Of a DNA stretch of 64,000 bases, positions 10,974 through 20,617 are shown piece by piece. The DNA lies in NCBI GenBank assembly GCA_965208065.1, contig OZ242313.1, positions 253,207-317,206 on the forward strand, written 5' to 3'. How positions within the stretch are numbered: the stretch's first letter is position 1; each line of letters starts with the position of its first letter. Position numbers and translations under genes: made by a program. Below the pieces are notes generated by a model. That model made no database searches, was not told where the DNA came from, and was given only the letters and a program-made list of their open reading frames with translations. The stretch is from Spirochaetia bacterium (GTDB lineage Bacteria; Spirochaetota; Spirochaetia; SZUA-6; Bin103).

Positions 10974-11915
10974 GTGTTTCGCGCGCCTGCCACAGCCGTC
11001 CGCCTGCCGCTGCTGCTCGCCCTGGCCCTGGGCTGCGCGGCGTGTTCGATGAACGACGACGGCATCTCGCTGATCGGCTCGCGCGGCTATGAGCCGGGCG
11101 AATTCTTCACGCCGGCGCACATCGCCGTCGACCGCGCCGGCTTTCTCTACGTTGCCGACACGGACAACCACCGCGTACAGAAGCTAACCGCGGACGGTGA
11201 GTTCGTCGATTCGTTCGGTTCATGGGGATCGGAGCCAGGACAGTTCCTGGGGCTGAGCGGCCTCGCCGTCGGCGGCGACGGGGCCGTGTACACGGTGGAG
11301 TTCACCACCCACCGCGTACAGAAGTTCAGCGCCGCCGGGGAGTTGTTGACCACCTGGGGCGGCAGCGGCAGCGGTCCGGGGCAGTTCGCCCGCCCGCGGG
11401 CAATCGCCGTGGCGCCGGACGACAGCGTGTACGTGGCCGACACCGGCAACCACCGCATCCAGCGCTTCTCCGGCGACGGCGTCTGGCTGGCCTCCTGGGG
11501 AAGCGAGGGTCCGCGGCCAGGGGAGTTTCGCGAGGTGCGCGCCGTGGCGGTCGACTCGGCCGGCTCGGTGTGGGTCGCGGACGCGCACAACCACCGGGTA
11601 CAGAAGTTCACGGCGGACGGCGCGTTCGTGTCCGAGTGGGGCGAGCGCGGGCGCAGCAGCGGAGCGTTCATCTTCCCCTCCGGGCTGGTGGTGGACAACG
11701 TCGACCGCGTGTACGTGGCCGACCGCTCCAACTACCGCATCCAGGTGATCGCACCGGACGGCACCTTCGAGCCAGCCATCGCAGCCGGCTACGTCAGCTT
11801 GGGCCGGCGCGCCATCATCGGGCCGTTGGCGTGGGCACCGGGCTCCCTGTACACGGCGGATCGCTACCACCACGTGGTGCTGCGCCACGACCTGCAGGCC
11901 GTGGAAGTGCGATGA
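10974..11915 (+). CDS. NHL-repeat beta-propeller protein, putative lipoprotein
   Basis: About 5-6 repeats of F..P.GIAVD...VYVADT.NHRVQKF; signal peptide with Cys (LALGCAACS). Confidence 0.88.
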   Translation: MFRAPATAVRLPLLLALALGCAACSMNDDGISLIGSRGYEPGEFFTPAHIAVDRAGFLYVADTDNHRVQKLTADGEFVDSFGSWGSEPGQFLGLSGLAVGGDGAVYTVEFTTHRVQKFSAAGELLTTWGGSGSGPGQFARPRAIAVAPDDSVYVADTGNHRIQRFSGDGVWLASWGSEGPRPGEFREVRAVAVDSAGSVWVADAHNHRVQKFTADGAFVSEWGERGRSSGAFIFPSGLVVDNVDRVYVADRSNYRIQVIAPDGTFEPAIAAGYVSLGRRAIIGPLAWAPGSLYTADRYHHVVLRHDLQAVEVR

Positions 11916-12565
11916 TCGAGTTGCTGTTCCGCGGCGAGGTCCTGCTCTTTGCGCTGCTGGTGGCGGCGCTGATCACGTCGCTGTCGATACACGAGTTCGG
12001 CCACGCCTACGTGGCCAAGCTGAACGGCGACCGCACCGCCGAATACGCGGGCCGGCTCACCCTCAACCCGGTGCGCCACATCGATCCGATGGGCCTGGCA
12101 ATGGTGGTGCTGGTCGGCTTCGGCTACGCGCGCCCGGTGCCCACCGATCCGCGCAACTTCCGCACGCCGCGCGCCGACCTGTGGATTGCCGCCGCCGGCC
12201 CGGCCGGCAACCTGCTGCTCGCGGTGGTGACCTGGAACCTGTTCCTGCTGCTGCGCGCCGCCGGCGTGGACCTGTTCTTTGCCGAGGGCCCGGTCACCTT
12301 CTTCGTACTGCTCGCGCGCGTCAACCTGTTGCTGATGCTGTTCAACCTGATCCCGCTCGGCCCGCTCGACGGCCACTACATCCTGCCCCACCTGCTGCCG
12401 GCGCGCGCCGCCGACGTCTACCGCCGCTACAACGCGCGCTTCGGCTCCTACCTGCTGCTCGGGATGATCCTGCTCAGCGTGGTCGGCGTACCGGTATTCT
12501 CGCGCCTGATGGCGGTCGCCGGCGCCCTGCTCCGCTACCTCACCTTCGTGCCGCTGAGCTTTTAG
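11912..12565 (+). CDS. Site-2 protease (peptidase M50)
   Basis: HEFGH, AAAGPAGN, FNLIPLGPLDG motifs. Confidence 0.92.
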   Translation: MIELLFRGEVLLFALLVAALITSLSIHEFGHAYVAKLNGDRTAEYAGRLTLNPVRHIDPMGLAMVVLVGFGYARPVPTDPRNFRTPRADLWIAAAGPAGNLLLAVVTWNLFLLLRAAGVDLFFAEGPVTFFVLLARVNLLLMLFNLIPLGPLDGHYILPHLLPARAADVYRRYNARFGSYLLLGMILLSVVGVPVFSRLMAVAGALLRYLTFVPLSF

Positions 12566-12577
12566 TTTTAGTCTGGG

Positions 12578-13717
12578 TTATTGGTGGTAGGGGTCGGCGG
12601 AGTCGCGCAGGCCGTCGCCGACGAAGTTGAAGCACAGCACGATCACGATCACCAGCAGCGCCGGCAGCAGCATCCACGGGTGGGTGGTGAGGGTGGCCAC
12701 GTTCTGGGAGTCGATCAGCAGCGACCCGAGGCTGACCGCCGGCGGGCGGATGCCGAAGCCGAGGAAGCTGAGCGCGGTCTCGCCCAGGATCATGCCCGGG
12801 ATGCGCAGCGAGATGTCCACCACCAGGTAGCTGGCGAAGGAGGGCAGCAGGTGCTGGCGGATAATCGGCAGCTCCCGCTTGCCGGCGATGCGCGCGGCCA
12901 GCACGAAGTCGGCCTCGCGCAGTTCCAGCAGCTTGCCGCGCACCACGCGCGCCAGGCCGGTCCAGCCAATCAGCGACAGGATCACCGTGATGCCGAAATA
13001 AACGGCGACGATCGACCAAGTCGCCGGCAGGGCGGCGCTGAGCGCCAGCCACAACGGGATGGTCGGCACCGAGATCAGGATCTCCACCACTCGCTGGATG
13101 ACGTTGTCCACCCAGCCGCCGAGGTATCCGGACAGGCCGCCGAGCAGGCAGCCGAGAATGAAGGCGATGAACACCCCCACCAGGCCCACGCTCAGCGAGA
13201 TGCGCGAGGCGATGACAATTCGCGACAGCACGTCGCGTCCGAGCCGCTCGGTGCCGAACAGGTACACGTAGCCGCCTTCGTCGCGGGTGCCGAAAAAGTG
13301 CAGGTCCGACTTGAACAGCCCCCACAGCCGGTACTCGCCGCCGCGCACGAACAGCCCGATGCGGAACCGCTGGCTCTGGTCGACCGTGAACTCCTCGCGG
13401 AACGTCTCCAGGTTGCGCTCGGTGGTGTAGCCGTACACGAAGGGCGCGGTGAGCCGGCCCTCATGGAATACGCGAATCCGCTGCGGCGGGGCAAAGCGCA
13501 GATCGGTGTTGCGCAGCAGCTTGTCGTAGGGTGCGAAGAACTCGGCGAACACGGCCACGAGATAAAGGACTGCAAGAACGCTCATGCCCAGCACCGCCAG
13601 GTGGTGGCGGCGGAACTTGCGCCACACCAGCTGCCACTGGGAGGCGATGAAGTACTGCTCCTGCAGCTGGTCGGGGCCTGAGGGGTCCTTTACCGCGATG
13701 GCGACATCCGCGCTCAT
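12578..13717 (-). CDS. Peptide ABC transporter permease (OppC/DppC-like)
   Basis: FGTERLGRDVLSR, EAA-like FVLAARIAG, ETALSFLGFG, NFVGDGLRD. Confidence 0.92.
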   Translation of the reverse strand: MSADVAIAVKDPSGPDQLQEQYFIASQWQLVWRKFRRHHLAVLGMSVLAVLYLVAVFAEFFAPYDKLLRNTDLRFAPPQRIRVFHEGRLTAPFVYGYTTERNLETFREEFTVDQSQRFRIGLFVRGGEYRLWGLFKSDLHFFGTRDEGGYVYLFGTERLGRDVLSRIVIASRISLSVGLVGVFIAFILGCLLGGLSGYLGGWVDNVIQRVVEILISVPTIPLWLALSAALPATWSIVAVYFGITVILSLIGWTGLARVVRGKLLELREADFVLAARIAGKRELPIIRQHLLPSFASYLVVDISLRIPGMILGETALSFLGFGIRPPAVSLGSLLIDSQNVATLTTHPWMLLPALLVIVIVLCFNFVGDGLRDSADPYHQ

Positions 13718-14715
13718 GCCGCGGCGGCCTTGCGCTCCATGCGGATGCGGGGATCGACCACCGCCAGCAGCAGGTCGGAGAGCAGCGTGCCGACCACGGT
13801 GAGCAGGCTCAATACCACGATGATGCTGCCGGCCAGGTACATGTCCTGCTGCAGCAGGGCGGTGAGCAGCAGGGGTCCGACCGTGGGCAGGCTCAGCACG
13901 ATGGCGGTGACCGTTTCTCCGGAGATGATCTCCGGCAACAGCCAGCCGATGGTACTGACCAGCGGATTGACGGCGATCCTTACCGGGTACTTGAACAGCA
14001 GGCGCTGTTCCTCGACGCCCTTCGACCGTGCCGTGATCACGTATTGCTTGCGCAGCTCGTCGAGCATGGTGGCGCGCATGATGCGGATCAGCGCCGCGGT
14101 GCCGGCGGTGCCCACCACGATAATCGGCACCGGCAGATGCTTGATCAGATCCCACAGCTTGGCCAGGCTGAACGGCGCCGTCACCATCTCCGGGGAGTAC
14201 AGGCCGCCGATGCTCACCCCCAGCCAGCGGCTGGCCAGGAACATCAGGATCAACGCGAGCAGAAAGTTGGGCGTGGCCAGGCCGATGAACCCGAGCGTCG
14301 ACACCGAGTAGTCGGTCAGCGAGTACTGGTGGGTGGCGGCGAAGATGCCGATCGGAATTGCCACGGCGAAGGTGAACACGGTGGTGAGCAGGGTGATCAT
14401 GGCGGTCAGCGGTACCCGCTCGCCCAGGATGTCGATTACCTCCTGTTGGGTGGCCAGCGACTTGCCCAGGTCCAGCGTGATCAGGTTGCCCATCCACTTG
14501 AAGTACTGCACCAGCACCGGCTGATTGAGCCCGTAGCGCGCTTCCAGGCCGGCCAGTTCCTCGCGGTCGGTCTCGATGCCGCGCTCGCGCAACTGCTGGA
14601 TATAGATGTCGAGGTAGTCGCCCGGCGGCGCCTGGATCACGATGAACGCCAGAATGGAAATCCCCAGGAGGGTAACGAGCATGTAGCCGACTCGGCGAAA
14701 AAGGTACTGAACCAC
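13714..14715 (-). CDS. Peptide ABC transporter permease (OppB/DppB-like)
   Basis: PPGD, DLGKS, YVITARSKG, DPRIR. Confidence 0.92.
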   Translation of the reverse strand: MVQYLFRRVGYMLVTLLGISILAFIVIQAPPGDYLDIYIQQLRERGIETDREELAGLEARYGLNQPVLVQYFKWMGNLITLDLGKSLATQQEVIDILGERVPLTAMITLLTTVFTFAVAIPIGIFAATHQYSLTDYSVSTLGFIGLATPNFLLALILMFLASRWLGVSIGGLYSPEMVTAPFSLAKLWDLIKHLPVPIIVVGTAGTAALIRIMRATMLDELRKQYVITARSKGVEEQRLLFKYPVRIAVNPLVSTIGWLLPEIISGETVTAIVLSLPTVGPLLLTALLQQDMYLAGSIIVVLSLLTVVGTLLSDLLLAVVDPRIRMERKAAAA

Positions 14716-14795
14716 CGCTCTCCGACCTTAGCAACGTGCCCGACCCCGGTCAACCGGCCGGAGCGCTACGATGCGGTACGGGCGGTGCGGCGCGG

Positions 14796-15626
14796 CTATT
14801 GCATGTACAGGCCGCCGGCCACCGGTACGGCCAGGCCGGTAACGAAATCGCTGTCCGGGCCGGCCAGAAACGCCGCCACGCGGGCGACGTCGGCTGCGTT
14901 GCCGACCCGGCCCAGCGGGGTGGCGCGGGCGGCGCCGGACAACAGGCTCGCGAGCCGCTCCTCGGTGGTAGTGTCGGGGTCGCGGGTGGCGTTGGCGATA
15001 TCGTCATAGCGCTCGGTGTCTATCACGCCCGGGCACAGCGCATTGACCGTAATGCCGTGCGGGCCGAGCTCGTGCGCGAGCGCCTGGGTCAGCCCGATAA
15101 CGGCAAACTTGGACGCCGCGTAAGCGCCGAACCGCGCCCGGCCCTGCTTGCCCGATACCGACGACATGGTGATGATCCGCCCGCCGCGCCCGGCCGCGAT
15201 CATTGACCGCGCGGCCGCCTGGCAGCACAGGAACGTGCCCTTCGCGTTCACCCGCAGCACGCGATCCCAGTGCTGCTCCTCGAGCTCCACGATCGCCACC
15301 CGGTCGCGCCCGGCCGGGGTCCCGGCGTTGGTGACCAGGATGTCCAGGCTGCCGAGGCCATCCACCACACCGGCGATCATCGCCTGCGCCTGCGCCGCGT
15401 CGCCCACGTCGGCGGTAACGGCGAGCGAGCGCCGGCCGAGCGCTTCGATCTCGCGCACGAGCGCCGGCAGGCCGTCCCAGTCACTGCCCGCGCGCGGCTT
15501 GACGACCAGGTCGTTTACCGCCACGTCCGCGCCGTCCTCCGCCAGGCGCAGCGCCACCGCCCGGCCGATGCCGTTGCGCCCGCCGGCGCCGGTTACCAGC
15601 GCGACCTTGCCATCCAGGATTCCCAC
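14796..15626 (-). CDS. SDR family oxidoreductase
   Basis: TGAGG..GIG, NAG, YAASK, NALCPG. Confidence 0.92.
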   Translation of the reverse strand: MGILDGKVALVTGAGGRNGIGRAVALRLAEDGADVAVNDLVVKPRAGSDWDGLPALVREIEALGRRSLAVTADVGDAAQAQAMIAGVVDGLGSLDILVTNAGTPAGRDRVAIVELEEQHWDRVLRVNAKGTFLCCQAAARSMIAAGRGGRIITMSSVSGKQGRARFGAYAASKFAVIGLTQALAHELGPHGITVNALCPGVIDTERYDDIANATRDPDTTTEERLASLLSGAARATPLGRVGNAADVARVAAFLAGPDSDFVTGLAVPVAGGLYMQ

Positions 15627-15638
15627 GGTAGCTGCAGT

Positions 15639-16076
15639 TCAGGCGGAGGGTTCGGCGCGAAATACCGGGATACGGCGCGCTGTCTTGTTCTGGTAGTCGG
15701 CGTAGGGCGGGTAGGCGGCCACGGCCAGGGCCCACAGCCGCGCCCGCTCCAAGTCGTCTTCCACCTCGCGTGCGCGCATCTCCTGCACCGACGTGGCGTC
15801 GCGGATGGTCACGGCCGGGTTGGCGCGCAAATTGTACACCCACACCGGATTCTTCGGCGCGCCGCCCTGGGAACCAACGAGCACGTAGCCGTCGCCGTCC
15901 GCCACCCGCATCAGCGGCGTCTTGCGAACGGCGCCGGTCTTGTTGCCGACGTGCGTCACCACGATCACCGGCAGCCCGGTGTCGCGCAGCGTCAGCCCCT
16001 CGGTACCGCCGCTGCCCTCATACAGCTCCACCTGTTCGCGCACCCACTGCGCCGGGCTCGGAATGTACTCACCCAT
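15639..16076 (-). CDS. Deazaflavin (F420)-dependent nitroreductase family (Ddn-like)
   Basis: GNKTGAVRKTPL, VGSQGGAPKNPVWVYNLRANP, YADYQ.KT.R.IPV; GGAGG RBS. Confidence 0.9.
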   Translation of the reverse strand: MGEYIPSPAQWVREQVELYEGSGGTEGLTLRDTGLPVIVVTHVGNKTGAVRKTPLMRVADGDGYVLVGSQGGAPKNPVWVYNLRANPAVTIRDATSVQEMRAREVEDDLERARLWALAVAAYPPYADYQNKTARRIPVFRAEPSA

Positions 16077-16142
16077 CAAGCCTGTCCTCCTTTCGCTTTC
16101 GCAGGAACGATGCTACCGCAATCCGGGTCCGCGCGTCCGCTC

Positions 16143-16361
16143 TCAGCCGGGGTTCGCGGTGCGATGGTCAGCTATCGGCGGGCGCCACGGCATCAACTCC
16201 TCAATCGCGCCGTACAGGTTGTGGAGTTGGTAGGAGAGACTCTCCAGCCCGGCCACGCCGCGCTCCCGCTCGCGGTGGTCGATGCGCTCGTGGATGAGCG
16301 CAATCTGCTGCAGTTGAGCACGTGCTTCGGCGGCGAAGACTACGTAACGCGCCTCGTCCAT
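16143..16361 (-). pseudogene. Truncated HepT-like (HEPN) toxin
   Basis: ESLSYQLHNLYGAIEEL N-terminal signature, then homology is lost; no C-terminal RH..H motif; overlaps the MNT gene. Confidence 0.65.
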
Positions 16362-16702
16362 GTCGTACCGGTGCGCCGGATGGTTGCGGTGAAGTGGATA
16401 CGGTCGAGCTCTACCAAGTCGACCTCGCGGCACACGGCATGCTCCAGGTGGCTCTTGAGCGTGAAGTAGTCGCGCGCCGGGAGCTCGCCGACGGCGACGT
16501 CGACGTCGACGTCGGAGTTGGCGTCGAAGTGGCCGGCTCGCTCAAGGGAGCCGAAGATTATCGCCTCTGCGACGGGCACCGGTGCGGCCTCCAGTGCCTG
16601 CACCAATCGCGCTCTGGTCGCCACCCGGAACTGCTCAGCGACGCGTTTCCGCCGCTCGATCGCCCGGTCCAGGACATCAGTGGAAAATCGGGAACCTGCC
16701 AC
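16340..16702 (-). CDS. Minimal nucleotidyltransferase (MNT antitoxin)
   Basis: IFGSL...SDVDVDVAV...REVDLVEL. Confidence 0.82.
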   Translation of the reverse strand: MAGSRFSTDVLDRAIERRKRVAEQFRVATRARLVQALEAAPVPVAEAIIFGSLERAGHFDANSDVDVDVAVGELPARDYFTLKSHLEHAVCREVDLVELDRIHFTATIRRTGTTWTRRVT

Positions 16703-16763
16703 ACCGTCAAGGGTAACAGCAGCCGCCGCCCGCTCTCAAGCACGCTGAGCACTCTGCCATGAT

Positions 16764-16802
16764 TGACGAGGGCCGGCCACTCTTGGCGGCCGGCCCTCGT
16801 CA
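16764..16802 (-). terminator. GC-rich stem-loop downstream of the SBP gene
   Basis: TGACGAGGGCCGGCC / GGCCGGCCCTCGTCA perfect 15-bp inverted repeat 20 bp after the stop at 16823; weak U-tract. Confidence 0.6.
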
Positions 16803-16822
16803 TCAGTTTGCGAATAGAGGGG

Positions 16823-18850
16823 CTATTCGCGGTCGAACCAGAGCTGGTCGGCCCAGTACATCAGGTTGCCCTTCCAGTCGGTGTTGGAGACCGGGAACTC
16901 GGTCGGGATGTTGCGCAGGTCCTTGCTGGTGAGCAGGACCGCGGGCGCCTCACCGACGGTACCGATGGCGAACACGTTGTCGCCGGTCCAGTCGTACATC
17001 TTCTGCGCAATCTCGGCCCACTCGGCAGTACCGAACTCGGACAGCCCGAAATCCCGCTGCCACTGGAAGTAGCGCTGCCACTCCTCGGGCGGCTCGGTGC
17101 CGGGCAGCTCGCCGCCGTAGTCCTCGATCTTGCGCTCGCCGCGCTCGACCGCCACGCGCGCGGTCTCCCAGATGTCGTAGCTGCCGGCCATGTTGAAGTC
17201 GCCGTGCAGGCCGACGCCGCCGGAGCCGGCACCGTCGTTGATCCAGTTCCAGAACTCGGTGATGGCGTCGATAGTGCCCGGCTGCAGCATGAACTCGTCC
17301 TGATCGCGGTTCTCACCCCAGGCGGCGTTGTCCACCAGGCGCGGCGTGACGCGCAGGCCGACATCGCCCCACTGTGCGATCTCGATCTCGAACAGCTTGC
17401 TGATGTCCACCGAGCCGCCGGTGCGGGCGGCGACCTGGATGGTCAGGTTGGAGCCGTCCGGGAAGGTGCGGAAGCCGTCGCGGTCGCGGCCGTCGAGGCC
17501 GATCTCGTCGAGCAGCTGGTTGGCCAGATCGGGATCGTAGGTGGCCCACAGGGTCTGCCACTCCGGCCGGTAGAAACGCGCACCGGAGTGGATGGTGGCC
17601 GCGGTCGGGCGGCCCAAGCCGAGGAAATACACCTCGTTGAGCTCGTCACGGTCCAGGGCCACCGACATGGCGCGCCGGAAGCGCACGTCCTGCATCAACG
17701 CGCGGTACTTCTCATCCTTGTAGGTAGGATTAAAGCCGAACGCGCGGCCCACGTCGATGCCCGGGATCAGGGTGATCTGGTAGTTGCCGCGATCCTCGTT
17801 CTCCTTGTAGTCGGGCAGCGACGCGAAGTTGGTCTGCGCGATGGCCCAGTCCACCTCGCCGGCAATCGCCTTGAGGTTGAATACCTCCACGTCGGCGTTG
17901 GGCGTGGACAGCACGCGGTCGATGTAGGGCAGCTGCTGCCCTTCCGGGTCGACCTTCCAGAAGTAAGCGTTGCGCTCCCAGATCTCTGCCTGCGCGCCGA
18001 TCTCCTTGGGAACCCACGGGAACATGGTAGGCGTCTCCAGCAGGCCGACGCCGACGACGATGTCCCAGTGCGCGACCAGCGCCTCGGCCCAGGTCTCGAA
18101 ACCCTCTTCCTCGGCCAGCTTCTGCGCATCCGGGTTGTAGCGGATGTGCCACTGCTTCAGGTGCGTGCTCGGCGCGTACTGCACGTAGTTGCCGCCCTTC
18201 CAGGTGGTCCAGCCGGGGATGATCACGTGGTCCCTGGCCGACAGGTTGAACTGCAGGGTGTAGTCGTCGATCTTGGTGACGCTGGTGGCGGTGGGCGGCG
18301 TCTCGTTGGGGCGCCAGCCGGGATCGACCCGGTCATCCCAGCGCAGATCCTCCATCACGAACATGACGTCGTCGACGATGAATGGATCGCCGTTGGACCA
18401 CTTGGTGCCGGGACGCAGCTCCAGGGTAACGGTCAGGCCGTCGCCCGACACATCGTAGCCCTTGGCGATGTTGGGCAGGATCTCGCGCGTTTCCTGGTGC
18501 ATCTTGAGCAGGTAGATGTCAACCTCCTGGTTGGTCATCTCGTGCCCGCGCTGGTTCATTGCGCCAACGGCGTCCGAAACTCGTAACGTGCCGCCATACT
18601 TGCCAACGCCGTCGCCGAGCATCTCCTGCACCACCGGTTCGACGGCGATGCGTTCCTCGAGCGGCGGCAACTCGCCGGCCGCTACCATGGCTGCCAGCAT
18701 CGGCGCCTCGCTGAACTGGCCGGGGGCCGCCATCGCGGCGGCACCGGAACTGCTGGTCCCGCCGCTGTCGGACTCGCCGCCGGCCATCAGCATCGCCGGC
18801 GCCGCCACAATCAGGCCGAACGCCAGCAAACGGTTCATGAATACAGTCAC
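16823..18850 (-). CDS. ABC transporter substrate-binding protein, family 5
   Basis: Signal peptide, EAPMLAAMVAAGELPPLEER, GKYGG, KWSNGDPF, YFWKVDPEGQQLPYID; GGAGGAG RBS. Confidence 0.9.
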   Translation of the reverse strand: MTVFMNRLLAFGLIVAAPAMLMAGGESDSGGTSSSGAAAMAAPGQFSEAPMLAAMVAAGELPPLEERIAVEPVVQEMLGDGVGKYGGTLRVSDAVGAMNQRGHEMTNQEVDIYLLKMHQETREILPNIAKGYDVSGDGLTVTLELRPGTKWSNGDPFIVDDVMFVMEDLRWDDRVDPGWRPNETPPTATSVTKIDDYTLQFNLSARDHVIIPGWTTWKGGNYVQYAPSTHLKQWHIRYNPDAQKLAEEEGFETWAEALVAHWDIVVGVGLLETPTMFPWVPKEIGAQAEIWERNAYFWKVDPEGQQLPYIDRVLSTPNADVEVFNLKAIAGEVDWAIAQTNFASLPDYKENEDRGNYQITLIPGIDVGRAFGFNPTYKDEKYRALMQDVRFRRAMSVALDRDELNEVYFLGLGRPTAATIHSGARFYRPEWQTLWATYDPDLANQLLDEIGLDGRDRDGFRTFPDGSNLTIQVAARTGGSVDISKLFEIEIAQWGDVGLRVTPRLVDNAAWGENRDQDEFMLQPGTIDAITEFWNWINDGAGSGGVGLHGDFNMAGSYDIWETARVAVERGERKIEDYGGELPGTEPPEEWQRYFQWQRDFGLSEFGTAEWAEIAQKMYDWTGDNVFAIGTVGEAPAVLLTSKDLRNIPTEFPVSNTDWKGNLMYWADQLWFDRE

Positions 18851-18889
18851 TTCACTCTCCTCCTTCCTTGCCTCTGTTTATGGGATTGC

Positions 18890-20617
18890 GTGACAGGCTA
18901 CCATACCGACGCTTTGTATACGAGGTCAACCTTCCGTCGTTTCGCCTCATTCGCCCCACCAGCGGTGCTCGCGCTGGCCGCCGCCGTTGGTCTCGGCGGG
19001 TGCGCCTCCCTTGCAGACGTGCTGGCGGGCCATGCTCCAGTGACCGTCGAGACGTACCCGCTGGCCGCCGGCGAGTGCAGCGGCACCTTCGCCGCCGCCG
19101 ACCTGCCGCACGAGATCGAAGTGGACTCGCCGCGCGTGTTCAACTACGACTCGCTCGGCGCCGGCCTGGCTGCCGGCGACCTGGACAACGACGGCGACAT
19201 CGACCTGGTGCTGGCCAACCTGGACGGGCCGACCGCCCTGCTGTGGAACGAAACCGCGCCCGGCGGCGCGCTGCGGTTCCGGCGCACCGATCTGACCAGC
19301 GCCGCGGACAGCAAGCCGACCAGCGCCATCGTGGCGGTGGATACCGACGCGGACGGCTGGCTCGATCTCGCCGTAACCCATACCGCCCGCCCGCCCGCCC
19401 TGTGGCGCAATACGCCGGCGGAGGACGGGACCGGGCGCCGCTTCGTGCGCGACCCGGATTTCGGCGCCGGCTACTTCGCGCACGTGATGGACTGGAGCGA
19501 CCTGGACGGCGACGGCGACCTGGATATCGTCACCGCCACCTACGACTACCTGCTGGCCAAGGAGTTCGACGGCTTCATCCCCGGCGGCGGCGTGGCCTAC
19601 TACGAGAACCGCAATCCCGGCCTGCTGCCGGCGCTGCTGGTCTCCGGCGCCGACGCCCTGGCGGTGCTGGTGACCGACCTGGACGGCGACGGACGGCGCG
19701 AAATCGTGATCGGCAACGACTACGCCCGGCCCGACTACGTGTTTACCCGCGACGCCGAGGCGCCGATGGGCTGGGCGCAGGTGGAGCCGCTCGCCGCCAC
19801 CCCCACCAACACGATGAGCTACGACGCCGGCGACGTGGACAACGACGGCCGCTTCGAGCTGTTTGCCGCCGATATGAAACCGTACCGGGACGATGCCGAG
19901 ACGCGCGACGCGTGGGGCGACCTGGGCACCGCCAGCCCGCCGGACGAAGTGCAGGTGAACGCCAACGTGCTGTTGGCCGCCGACGCCGAGGGCGGCTTCC
20001 GGGATCGCGCCGAGGCGGCCGGCGTGGATGCCACCGGCTGGAGCTGGTCGGCCAAGTTCGGCGACCTGGACGGCGATGGCTACCTGGACCTGTACGTGGT
20101 GAACGGCGTGATCACGGTGGAAGTGTTCGGCCACCTGCCGGGCGACGAGTTGGTGGAGGAGAACCAGGCGTTGCGCGGCGCCGGCGACGGCAGCTTCGCG
20201 CCGGTGCCGGAGTGGCGGCTGGGCAGTTCGCGCAGCGGGCGCGGCATGAGCATGGCGGACCTGGACGGCGACGGCGACCTGGACATCGTGGTGAGCAACC
20301 TGCGCGCCCCGTCGCAGGTGTTCGAGAACCGCCTGTGCGGCGGCGGCGGCAACCTGCTGCTCGACCTGCGCCAGCCCGGCACTGGCAATACCCACGCGCT
20401 CGGCGCCGGGGTGGTGCTGACCACCGCCGACGGCGTCGAGCAGCGCCGCGAGGTGCGCGCGCAGAGCGGCTACCTGTCCGGCGACACCAGCCGCCTGCAC
20501 TTCGGCATTCCGGCCGGCGACGCACCCGCGGCGCTGGAGATTACCTGGCCGGACGGCGAACGCTCGGTGATACGCGACCTCGCCGCCGCGACCCGCGTCG
20601 TAGTAACCCGCCGGTGA
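18890..20617 (+). CDS. CRTAC1/ASPIC-UnbV family FG-GAP repeat lipoprotein (copy 1)
   Basis: Multiple GDLDNDGD.D FG-GAP repeats, C-terminal SGYLSG...LHFG...EITWPDG, lipobox LGGC. Confidence 0.88.
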   Translation: MTGYHTDALYTRSTFRRFASFAPPAVLALAAAVGLGGCASLADVLAGHAPVTVETYPLAAGECSGTFAAADLPHEIEVDSPRVFNYDSLGAGLAAGDLDNDGDIDLVLANLDGPTALLWNETAPGGALRFRRTDLTSAADSKPTSAIVAVDTDADGWLDLAVTHTARPPALWRNTPAEDGTGRRFVRDPDFGAGYFAHVMDWSDLDGDGDLDIVTATYDYLLAKEFDGFIPGGGVAYYENRNPGLLPALLVSGADALAVLVTDLDGDGRREIVIGNDYARPDYVFTRDAEAPMGWAQVEPLAATPTNTMSYDAGDVDNDGRFELFAADMKPYRDDAETRDAWGDLGTASPPDEVQVNANVLLAADAEGGFRDRAEAAGVDATGWSWSAKFGDLDGDGYLDLYVVNGVITVEVFGHLPGDELVEENQALRGAGDGSFAPVPEWRLGSSRSGRGMSMADLDGDGDLDIVVSNLRAPSQVFENRLCGGGGNLLLDLRQPGTGNTHALGAGVVLTTADGVEQRREVRAQSGYLSGDTSRLHFGIPAGDAPAALEITWPDGERSVIRDLAAATRVVVTRR

